Positions 11,829 to 23,800 of a stretch of 64,000 nucleotides of DNA are shown here, piece after piece. The position numbers and the translations under genes were made by a program. The number at the start of each line of letters is the position of its first letter. Position 1 is the first letter of the stretch. The notes below the pieces were generated by a model. That model was not told where the DNA came from. It saw only the letters and a list, made by a program, of their open reading frames with translations, and made no database searches. The stretch comes from Convolutriloba macropyga (lineage: Eukaryota), in contig NC_134476.1 in NCBI RefSeq assembly GCF_964194025.1, positions 23,808,001 to 23,872,000 on the forward strand. Direction: 5' to 3'.

Positions 11829-14800
11829 GTATAACATGAAACAGTTTGGCAGTTTGACTGGAGCTAAATTTTATGACTGATTGATAAGTCGGTTTGTTTT
11901 CCTGAAGGAATAATTAATTTTCTCGTTAACGGAGGCAATCACATCGGGGGCTGAATACTGGATATTTCTCCCGTGAAAAAAAAAAAGTTTCCAGAAGTCC
12001 GCGTGAACTTATGCGCATTCCTGCAATGAAATTGATTTCAGAGCCTAATAAATAGGACTAGGTATTTGAATAAAAATTTATATATAGTCGTGGAATGTAT
12101 GATATATAGATCACCATGCCTCAACTGGGTAGCGAGACTGCAGGCTCTTGCTCAATTTATTCATGGATTAAGTTGTCTTAAATTTGATCTGATACATTGA
12201 TACTGATTACGAGAACTAAGTACTATTCACTGCTGTTAGGGTAGAATATTTTCGGGTATTGGACGTTATTTCCAAGCTCTTGTTGGCTTTCATGATCTCT
12301 AATGCTGTCCTTGCCTCTGATTGGTCGAAAATAGAAAAAAAACCTAAGAGGAAAAACCTAATATTATTTCTAACGCATTGAGATGCCGCGAATATTGGTG
12401 AAATATATGGCGTTTATCTTATCTTACGTCTGTATTTTGTTTTACGATAGTGCTTTCCTGGAAACCCTCTCGAGACGGCTGATTTTTCACAACTCTAAAA
12501 TAGTGAAGATGTGCAGCAACAACTACGCTCTCTTCAGTGGATCAGTGTCCCAATTGGTAAATTTGTGTCCTGATGTGGGGAGACTACAAGGCAGACTCAA
12601 CAGCATATCAGAAGAAACGGCACAAGCCATAAAAGGTCAGGAATAATAAGATGTCACTGGTTTCTTTAACTGTCTTTTGAATTACTAGAGGGGGCAGCGC
12701 GTTGATAGCGCAATTTTGATGTTTTTGCTGAGAGAATGCCGTTGCTAACAAGTTTGCTTAATATGCTACCCTATTATCTACAGCATTTTCAGTTGGCACT
12801 ACCCTCCAAAATTCTTGCTACCTTGAACAATTTTTACCTTTAATATATAACGACTAAATTCCCATTTGAAATATCACGATCGCACACCGACGAATGAATT
12901 TTTGTTGTTTTCAGTTGTGGAAAAGAATCAAAATGCGTTTCGCAAGTCAGTTAGCTCCTGCCAAAACATAATGAAAACAAGATCTGCAATCGAGAAATGC
13001 CTACCTGTACTTCGAATGCATTCAAACCTCAAAAAACTCCTCAAGAACCCGAACTTACATTACCATGCATTGAAAATGTTGGAAGAGCTGTCGACGGAAG
13101 TTTTACCCCAGATCGAAGAGTTTAGTTTTTCATCGAAGTTGAAAAGTGACTTAACAAAGTGTAGAAATACTATCAAAGCCGAAGTTAACCGGTCGTTCAA
13201 GTCGTATCTGGAATCGGCATGGGCAAATGCTAAGAGAATCGGTTGCAATGCAATGAAGATAGTCGTTCACACGACGGAACAGTATAGACATCAAACAGCA
13301 GTGAGTGCTTCAAAAATCTACCAAACTTATACAAGGCTGTGTGTCCTTAAGCTTATGAATACACTCAATGGCATGTTCTGTTCATGATTACAGTTTTTCG
13401 CAAGGAATTACTGTAAACTTTTAACTTAATTTATGTAAACGGTCCGTAAACTTTTAACCCCCAACACTTTCTCTTTTTATTTAGGTCAAATTTATTGAGC
13501 TTATATTCATAATCGCTGTAAAAGTTATATTAACTTCAATTTTTCATGACTTTCGATTCCAAACCTTTTGCTTCACTATCATACATGAGTGTCACCGTGT
13601 CACGCTGAACTTTCATCATAAATGCGGGTCTAACCACACCTTTGTAAGATATTTTTCACGGTCATACAATCTTATACAAGAACACACAGCACAATAAACT
13701 CTTGAAAAGCAGTTTCGTTCGAGGGCAATTAAACATGCTGACATTAATCACATCAGCATTTTTGGTGTTAATTGTTTGGTTTATTATGATTTCTCTTTGA
13801 CAGTTGATCATCGTTTGTATTGTTTTTGCAGAAGTATGACTTTCATGCTTTGAAAACCGCGTCGTAGATGAATTTCAGCTTGCCAATGAGCAATGTCAGT
13901 TAAGGGTAGGAATAAATACTAGGGTGGTTGATTTTTTTTCGTGTGAACTGTTCAAATTATACATATGTACTATGTGTTCCTGGTGCTTTGTTGCTGATAG
14001 ATAACTGAAATTGTTCGGTATTTTCGTAGCTGTTACCGTGAGTCTGCCGTATCAATTTCGTTGCCGTATCAATTTTGTTTGCAAAGTGAGCATTGTTATC
14101 AATGTCGATCCTGTTTTTGGTTATTTCACGTACTGACTACCGTACTTCAAAATTGCTCTCGAACGAAATTCAAAGTTATGGCAAAAGGGCATTCCTTTAT
14201 GTTGTAGCGTCTCACTAAAAATCGTTTTTAGCTAAATCTGATGCCATTCCATGGTGTTGGCACTGTAGAGATTTCTGAAACTGGTACTCGATTTAACGAT
14301 AAAATAAGGTTGATATAGCTCGTTATAAGAAAATAGACAATAGTGGTTACTTAGGGGAAAACTTTCTCTGAGTAGGCATAAATTATTAGACGTGACTGAT
14401 AGTTGAGAACAACTCAAATTCTCGACTTTTATTGATAGCCGCACAGCGATAGCTGGGGCTTTTATTGGCCTTCTATTGGTTTTTTTACAATTCAAGGAAT
14501 TTGTATTTGAGCGCTGTCTTAAAGATCTGTTCACAAATTTTCATGATTTTTGAAGTTACATTGGAGTAGTGATTTTGGTCACGCTGAAACAGGAAGCGGA
14601 GTGAAAAAGCGAGTGGTTTTGTGGTGCAAAATGTTTTCACTCATAGTACGTTCTAGATCTAGTTTTTGCTCAGTCGTTGAAAATTTTTTTTTTATTTTTT
14701 TATATTTCGCCGTCAAGATTCTTGTTACAACCATATGACGTCACAACCTCTTCAAATCTGCTTTCTGTTCATTCGCTCATGCAATTTCAACTGAAGTGCG

Positions 14801-17800
14801 TGCGTGACGTCATTTATCTCTCTTAGTGGAGCGATTTTTTTTGTTCATTCGCGTGATTAAGTTTTTGGTCACACGTGACTTACCTCACTCTCAAAAATGA
14901 CTTCCTCACTTTGAAATTGACTTTTCTTTACTTTAATTCAAAGAGATAAGGTCAAATGAGTGTGTGCCATTCTAACTGAAGTTTATCGGAGAGCAGCTAT
15001 TAGAAGCAGCAATTATTTATACAGATTCTTAGTCAAAATATAGCATCTCATCCTTTAATCAAAAAAGTAATTTTTTTGGTCGGTCTTTTTTTACTGCTTT
15101 TTTGAGACTGTAGATCTACGAAGCTACTGTGACTATTTTCTAGCAATCTGCCAGCTATAGTTTTATGTAGTGTGCTGATATTCAGAAAACTCATAAAAAG
15201 CGTTGCAATATCATTCTGACGATAATTTTTAAATCACGCAATTGTTGAATGTTTAATTTAAGTCTAATGGTCGCTTTCAAGTGGCCTGTTTGAGCAGTGA
15301 TGCTTTTTCTTTCAGACGACGCGCGTTGCAACCAGAAGCCCCTCCAAATCAGAGACGCTCTCTGCCCTCTCACACAGCAAGTACTCGTGGGAATCCATTG
15401 ACGAGTCCCTGCGAAACGTGGAGGACGTCATCAATTTCAAGGATCTTTTCAAGTGCCAGTTGATCTTCAATACCCTTGAGAAAGACAGCGAGGCATTCAG
15501 GCAAGGAGCTTAATTCTGTCGTTTTTTAATAGCCGCCCTCATCTTCTCAGCCGGCTATTATAGCGCTCCTATTTTTTTACAATTCAAAGAATTTGAATTG
15601 TATTGGTGCGCTGTGTTTTTTGAAGATGCTTCAAGTGCTTATAGCGATGCGGCCGCTGGGATGGCCTTAGTTTAAGGTTAAAAGGTCATTTTTAGGAGTT
15701 TTGGGCTCAAAATGGTGCAATTTTTTATGTTTTTTTTGTGATTTTTTGTTTTGACTAGTCTTAGGTTGAAGTTTTTAAAAGTTTATGAAGGCCTTTTGCG
15801 AGACAAAATTGCTTGTTATGACCATTTTATGAGCTATAAGTTTTGGTAATACAAACACAAATACGCAAAATTATACTAATTTTTGCAATTTTTTTCAGGT
15901 TTTTTTGAAAATTTTTGTCATTTTTTCGAGTTTTTTTAGAGGTGTCAAGAAACCTCCTCTAGGGTATGATAAGGGGTTTGATGATAGATTACTGCATAGT
16001 TTCTAGTGGTAATGGAATGGTTTTCAACTTTTTGGCATCATGAATTTAAGAATTTTTTGACAAAAATTGCAATTTTTTTCATATTTTTTGACATTTATTG
16101 TCATTATTCAAGTTGTTTGAGTCCCAGGGGCCAGAAAACCTCATCAGTGGTTGGATAATAAGTCGCTGAAAAATTTTTAGGAGCCATGGAAAAGATTTCA
16201 AGTTTTCAATATCACAAATTTTAGCAATTTTTGGTTTTCAGGTTTTTGAAAACGTTTCGTTATTTTTTCAGTTTTTCCAGCTTCAGGGACCAGGCAATCT
16301 CCTCTGAGGTTTGCTAATAGGTCACTGCGTTGTTTCTAGTAATAATGGATTTTTTTGAAAAAAAACATTTTATGTTTCGAATTTTAGCATTTTTTGATAA
16401 AGTTTGAAATTTTTTTCAAGTTTTTTTCAAAACTATTGTATTTTATTTGTTTTTTTCTTGCCTCAGTAGCCAGGTGACCTCATCCAGGGTTTGATAGTAT
16501 GTTATTAAATAGTTGCTAGGGGGCAATTGAATGGCATTTGGCATTTTAATAGAACGAAGTTCTATTTTTTGAAGTTTGAAATTTTTTCTAAAAATTATTG
16601 CCTATCGATCTGAGCCAATGAGTTTTTTAAAGCTTGGAATTGGGTTACTGAATAGCCTCTAGAGACACAGAAATGATTCTGAAGATATTTATATCACGAT
16701 TGTCAGCAACGTTTCCTTATAATTTGCAATTGATTTTTCAAATTTTTTGTTCATTATCGAGTTAATCGATCTTCAAGGGCCAATGAGTATTTTTCAGTTC
16801 TTGCAGTATAATACTGGACAGATTTCAGAAACAAAAATTGATTTTAAACATATTTTTGAAATAGTTTTTTTAAAGGGTAAAAATTTTGGCTTTGGTTTAA
16901 AAGCTTCGAGTTTTAGCGGTGAGTATATTTTTGATTAGTTTTGTTTCTTTTAGTCTCTCAATTTTTTGATGATTTTGTCTGTGTTCTGGCTGGCATTGTT
17001 CAATTGATCTGCTGGTCAGGTAGAGTACGTCTGAGTTTTTCATTCAATTCTTTGAATTGTAGTTCAGGACTTGTCCTGCTATGTTTTTTTACTTCGTTGA
17101 ACTTTTTTTTCGCTTTGCCCATTTTGCCTCTTTTCCGACATTTTGCGTGAAATCTTTTTGACTTCTCTAGGCTAGTGTAACTCTTCTGTCATTCTGCTCA
17201 AAGTTTTTTTAAACAGCAGCTGCCCAGCAAAGCAATTCAAAATGAAGAGAGTCAGTATAAAAAAATCAGAGTCAGAAATAGAAATGGGATAAACCCATAA
17301 AGCCCATTTTTAGATACCCGGTACTTGAAGTTTGTTCTCATAAGTTTTAGTTACTATCTATAATGCTTATTGGCATTGATACTAGACCCTGTAGCCTCTC
17401 ACTGAGAGACAGGAGTATGTTCAATTACGAAATGACATCAAAATACATCGCACTTAAAAATGTTTTTATACAAAAATCAATTTTTATTGATATTTTTTTT
17501 TCTTTCAATCCCAATAGAGTTATGGGAATCAACGGCGGCTATTTTCCCGCAATCTGCCGGGTATGTTAGAATTATTTACTCTGAATAGGTGAATCATTGC
17601 TTTACCTTTTTATTATGGTTCTATTTCCTTTGAGGTGAATAATCAGAACTAAGTGCTCAAGGTGTTTTGTTTAGTTATTTTGATAGTCAGGATCAACGCC
17701 TGGGTTGGCATTTATTCAACGGTGTCAGTTTTTATTAACCAAGTGACGTATAAAATTCCAAATGAATGAGACTTGATACACCTTGAAGAAATGCAAGATC

Positions 17801-20800
17801 TTGTTTAAAAAATGAAATGTAGATTCCATCTAATGTTTTGATATATCGCACATCTCGGTAAATTTTTTGTGAAAAGACTTAGTTTCAAATTTTTAGCAAG
17901 TTTGTAATTACTAAGGTTTTCTCATGAATCATGTCAAGATGTTATCGAGATGTATCAATGTGTCCTTTGGAATCTAGTTACTGTCGGGCAATAATTGACT
18001 TATTCTGTTTTAGCCAATGGTACGAAACACACAGACGTGATCAATTGACCCAATTGCTGCTGACTGGATTTGGAAAGGATTGCAGAAGAGAGAAGGTGTC
18101 TGAATTCTTCGAACAAGTCATTGGTTTCTTTATTATCGAGTCATACGTCGTAGATTCCAACAAAAGAATTGTCAACTGGAACACTATTTGTGCGACTTCA
18201 CCGTCTAATGTCGGTACGTTAATCAGAATTGTAGCGCTGCTTGACTTTTGTAGGTTTAATGGCCGGAGAATTGCTGCTGCCGCTTGAGCCCAGTCGTCAG
18301 ATTTGGGGTCTTTTTTGAAAACTCTAGATAGTTAGAATTTCTGCGGAGCGCTGTCGTAGAAGTATTGAAAATTTTAAAACCGTTCTCAGCTTTATTTAAA
18401 CACTGTAATAAGTCGTAACTCGAAGAAAGTGGGTGTCATTATTATGGCCCCTATTCCTGATTTACTTCCTGCTTTCCTCTTTTGTTTTTAAGTGCTCTTT
18501 CACTGAAAAAAAACGGATTTAAGAGCAGACTCTCACGTTCTTCACGTATCAATTTCACCCAGGAAGATCGGTAAAATGCAGAAGTAACTCGGTGTAGAAA
18601 TTTAACTTGCGTTTTTGTCTTTAATATTTTTTCTGATGTTTTTTGCGCGACTTGCCGACGTAGTAGTCTAACTTCTTGCTATGGCCTTGGACGTTCTTGC
18701 AGCAGCAATGCGTCCGTTGCTGTTCAGTTGATTTTCAGAGATTTGCTTGAATTATTCTGTGCTTTAGAGGCTGCTGCTTGCTGATCTATTGCGAGCGGTG
18801 TTAGTTTTGAGAGACAGTCCTTTTAGTCGCGATTGTTCAGGAGTAATCATAGCCTGTGCAATGTACCAAAGAATTTGACCCGTAATGAAAACTAGTGACG
18901 AGTGTTAGAGAATGATAGTTGATTATAGCTGCGAAGCTGTAAGCTGAGCGTAGCTATATTGCGGTGCTCTTGGTTTTTACGACTCGAAGAGGAGTATTGG
19001 TTTTCTTAAGGTTTTTAATAGCCGCACAGCGATAGCTGGGGATATTATTGGCCTTCTCTTGGTTTTTTTACAATTCGAAGAATTTGAATTGTATTGGGGC
19101 GCTGTCTTTTTTAAGATCTGTTCACACATTTTCATGATTTTTGAAGTCAAATTGGAGTAGTGATTTTGGTCACGTCGAAACAGGAAGTGGAGCGAAAAAG
19201 CGAGTGGTTTTGCGGCATGAATTTTTTTCGCTCTAATTTTAAAGTAGAGTGAGAAAACGGTGTTTGAACAAAAATTCGGTTTCTCGGTAGTGATTTTTTG
19301 TTCAAATGCGGCAATTTCACTCTGATTTTTACTGTTTTTTCGATTTTTTGGATCGGATTTTTTTCTAAATGGTTTTCACAATCCATTCACAGCTCATTCT
19401 AGGCCTAGTTTTTTGTTTGAATTAAATTTTCATTTCTCGCTAGTGCTTTTTTGTTCACATGCGGCATTTTGACATTGATTTTCTGTTTATTTCTTTTTTT
19501 TGTTGTTTTTTTAAAATGGTTTTCTCAATTCACTCATAGTCCATTCTAGGTCTAGTTTTTCTGTTTAGTCAATATAAATTCTTTGAATTGTACGTCAGGA
19601 CTTGTCATGCTATGTTTTTTTATTTCGTCGTCATGATTTTTGTTACGACCATATGACGTCACAGCCACTTTTTGTTCATTCGTTCTTGCAATTTAAACTG
19701 AATTGCATGTGTGCGTCATTTTTCGCTCTTAGTGGAGCGAGTTTTTTGTTCATGCGCGTGAGTAAATTTTTGGTCACACTTGACTTACCTCACTCTCAAA
19801 AATGACTTCCTCAATTTGAAATTGACTTTTATTTATTTTAATTCAAAGAGATGGAGTCAAATGGGTGTGTGTCACTCTAAATGAAGGTTATTTGAGATCA
19901 GCTAATAGAGGCAGCAATAACGTATACAGATTTTTAATCAAAATATAACCGATCAGCCTTCAATGAAAAGACGAATTTTTTTGGTCTGTCTTTTTTACTG
20001 TTTTTTTAGACTGCCGAGCTACGAATCTATTGCGGCTATTTTCTGGCAATCTGCCAGCTATGTTTTTTTTTACCTGAAGTACTATTCGTTCAGACGATGT
20101 TTTGACCTAAAAGCGAAAGTGAGTAAAATTGCTGTGTGAACTATTTTTCTGAGCGAGAGAAGTTTTTTGATCACGCGCTGCATTGAGTGAATGACCTTTC
20201 GACTTTAAAAAGTAGATTTTGACTGAGTGGCACATATAGATAACCGTTTTTAGCCAATTTTTTTGCCTAAGTGGCCCAGTTTTTTGCTTGTAATTTGGTT
20301 TTTTGTAGAAATAGTTATATTTGAACCTATATTGAAAAGTAAACCTCGGAAGTTGATACTACATTGTTTTGCAGCGCCTGAAAATGCGTTTGAACTTCAA
20401 AATTGGCACATATCTCTGGATTTTTTAAATAAATTTTTTTTATTAATTTGTTCATTCAGCCGTCTCTTTGGTTGAAATCAGTTAATATGGCAACTACCCT
20501 TTGATAATTCATATACTCAACGCCTCTTTCTACCTCGATGTAACTTTGTTTTACGAAATGGTATATATGCTAATGCGATTTTGGTTTTTTTTAAAATTTT
20601 TCTCAGTTTTTTGTTTCTATTTTGGTCCTAATTACAAGAAAGTCTTTTTGAGCAACATGAGGGACTTCAATTTCGTTTCAATGATTATTCCATCATTTTT
20701 TGGAGCTAAGTTTTCGAAAAGTTTTTTCACAAATGCAATCTCAAAAATTTTTTGACCTTTTTTTGCAAAATGATTCTATGTTTCGCATGTTTGAATTCTG

Positions 20801-23800
20801 CTTTTTCTTTTTTCTGTTCTTTTCCGGAGAATGGCTCTTTGTCTTTGATGACTCGTTTTCTTTTCTATGTCTCGAATGCTGAACAATGAAATGTATTCGT
20901 TTTTCTTGATTTTTTTTAATTTGATTTTTAACTTTCAAAAATCCAGAATTAGTCTTTTTGTTACGGTGTTTCTTACATTGTGTCCATATTCTTCATATTG
21001 TAGTTTGTATCGTTCTATCTTTGTCCTGGCGCCTACATTTATATTCGTTATATTGATTTTTCCATGTGCTTAAAAATTGAATGATTTCAACTTTTTCTTA
21101 GATTTTCGTCATTTCTTTGGTTTGCAGTTCATTTCATTCAACATAAGGCAGTGTTGAGGGTTTGCTTTGAAAGCCTTTTCCAAATTTGCCCTTTATTTCC
21201 ATTTTTTGCTAATTTCTCCCGGCCTTGGTATTGTTTTTAAACTATTTTTTGCCTTTGAATTTTATTCTGTTGCTTATGTCTTTTCTATGAGTAATTTAGT
21301 TTTTGATTTGGTATGAAAGTATGTCTAGAATAAATACAGCAAGGAAGAAGTGAGTGTTATTTTTGGCTGAATTGCAGTGATTAGAAATTTAATTGTAGTG
21401 GTTTTCTGATTCTTAAATTTGAGCGTTTTTTTTTCGAAAAATTTAACTGCTTTCGCGATTTTTTTGAGATTAGATTCATGATTTATTTGAGGGCAATTGA
21501 TACTCCTGTCAGCTTTTTCAATCTATCAGTTTTTACCCTCTCATTTATTTCGGATTTTTTTAACCTTACCTTACTTTTCAATACGATAAGACTTAACTGC
21601 ATTTTGTTTCTCTTGGTGTCAGTGGTTTAAATTTAACCAAGGTTTAGATCAGACCTGGGGAGGTAATGTCTTAATGGTTGAATACAAAAGGTAATGGCTT
21701 TAGCTGCAGTTACGGTTTTTTTTTGCGAAATTTCGACGCTTCGAGTCGCTTCCGGAATTCTTCCGGCTCTGTTTTTGTTTGTTTCGTCGTCTGACGCTCT
21801 TTTTTCGTTCTACATTTGTTCACACAGCAAAGCTGAAAAAGTCAAATTTTCTGAATTACTTCTTCCTCTCGCTAACGGCATTTGCGCGCATGACTTCATT
21901 TCTCACTCGCTTTAGCGAAAGTTTTTAGGTTATTTGCGTGATTAGATTTTGATCATACGTGACTTACCTCACTCAATAAAATGACTTTTGCACTTTAAAA
22001 CAAGTTTCATTTGAATTTGTTTAAGGTCAAAGGAACTCCTATGTGCAGTAAAGGTCCCTAATAAGAGGCTTCTGTGGAATGAATTTTAACAAGCTTTATT
22101 AATTCATCGCTGAATGTTTTAGCCTAGTTTTTAGCGGCGTCGATTTATTTTCAATTTAGACCTGTATCTGTTTCTATCTATTATATGGCACGCAGGTCTA
22201 TTTTTTCGCAGCTATTCCGGCAATCTGCCGGCTATGTTTATTATAGCTGCGAAGCTGTAAGCTGAGCGTAGCTATATTGCGGTGCTCTTGGTTTTTACGA
22301 CTCGAAGAGGAGTATTGGTTTTCTTAAGGTTTTTAATAGCCGCACAGCGATAGCTGGGGATATTATTGGCCTTCTCTTGGTTTTTTTACAATTCAAAGAA
22401 TTTGAATTGTATTGGGGCGCTGTCTTTTTTAAGATCTGTTCACACATTTTCATGATTTTTGAAGTCAAATTGGAGTAGTGATTTTGGTCACGTCGAAACA
22501 GGAAGTGGAGCGAAAAAGCGAGTGGTTTTGCGGCATGAATTTTTTTCGCTCTAATTTTAAAGTAGAGTGAGAAAACGGTGTTTGAACAAAAATTCGGTTT
22601 CTCGGTAGTGATTTTTTGTTCAAATGCGGCAATTTCACTCTGATTTTTACTGTTTTTTCGATTTTTTGGATCGGATTTTTTTTCTAAATAGTTTTCCCAA
22701 TCCATTCACAGCTCATTCTAGGCCTAGTTTTTTGTTTGAATTAAATTTTCATTTCTCGCTAGTGCTTTTTTGTTCACATGCGGCATTTTGACATTGATTT
22801 TCTGTTTATTTCTTTTTTTGTTGTTTTTTTAAAATGGTTTTCTCAATTCACTCATAGTCCATTCTAGGTCTAGTTTTTCTGTTTAGTCAATATAAATTCT
22901 TTGAATTGTACGTCAGGACTTGTCATGCTATGTTTTTTTATTTCGTGGTCATGATTTTTGTTACGACCATATGACGTCACAGCCACTTTTTGTTCATTCG
23001 TTCATGCAATTTAAACTGAATTGCATGTGTGCGTCATTTTTCGCTCTTAGTGGAGCGAGTTTTTTGTTCATGCGCGAGAGTAAATTTTTGGTCACACTTG
23101 ACGTACCTCACTCTCAAAAATGACTTCCTCAATTTGAAATTGACTTTTATTTATTTTAATTCAAAGAGATGAAGTCAAATGGGTGTGTGTCACTCTAAAT
23201 GAAGGTTATTTGAGATCAGCTAATAGAGGCAGCAATAACGTATACAGATTTTTAATCAAAATATAACCGATCAGCCTTCAATGAAAAGACGAATTTTTTT
23301 GGTCTGTCTTTTTTACTGTTTTTTTTAGACTGCCGAGCTACGAATCTATTGCGGCTATTTTCTGGCAATCTGCCAGCTATGTTTTTTTTACCTGAAGTAC
23401 TATTCGTTCAGACGATGTTTTGACCTAAAAGCGAAAGTGAGTAAAATTGCTGTGTGAACTATTTTTCTGAGCGAGAGAAGTTTTTTTTGTGAAATTTCGA
23501 CGCTTCGAGTCGCTTCCGGAATTCTTCCGGCTCTGTTTTTGTTTGTTTCGTCGTCTGACGCTCTTTTTTCGTTCTACATTTGTTCACACAGCAAAGCTGA
23601 AAAAGTCAAATTTTCTGAATTACTTCTTCCTCTCGCTAACGGCATTTGCGCGCATGACTTCATTTCTCACTCGCTTTAGCGAAAGTTTTTAGGTTATTTG
23701 CGTGATTAGATTTTGATCATACGTGACTTACCTCACTCAATAAAATGACTTTTGCACTTTAAAACAAGTTTCATTTGAATTTGTTTAAGGTCAAAGGAAC

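Noticed and set aside
9645-13350. TTAAGGACACA...TGTGTCCTTAA as a TIR pair (Kolobok-like)
   Set aside because: Only about 11 bp match, and it would enclose Sec15 exons 1-3; likely unrelated ends or chance.
19147-23692. Duplicated Phe-rich or Lys-rich ORFs of 60-136 aa
   Set aside because: Chance frames in T-rich HINE copies, with no Rep, helicase or transposase motifs.
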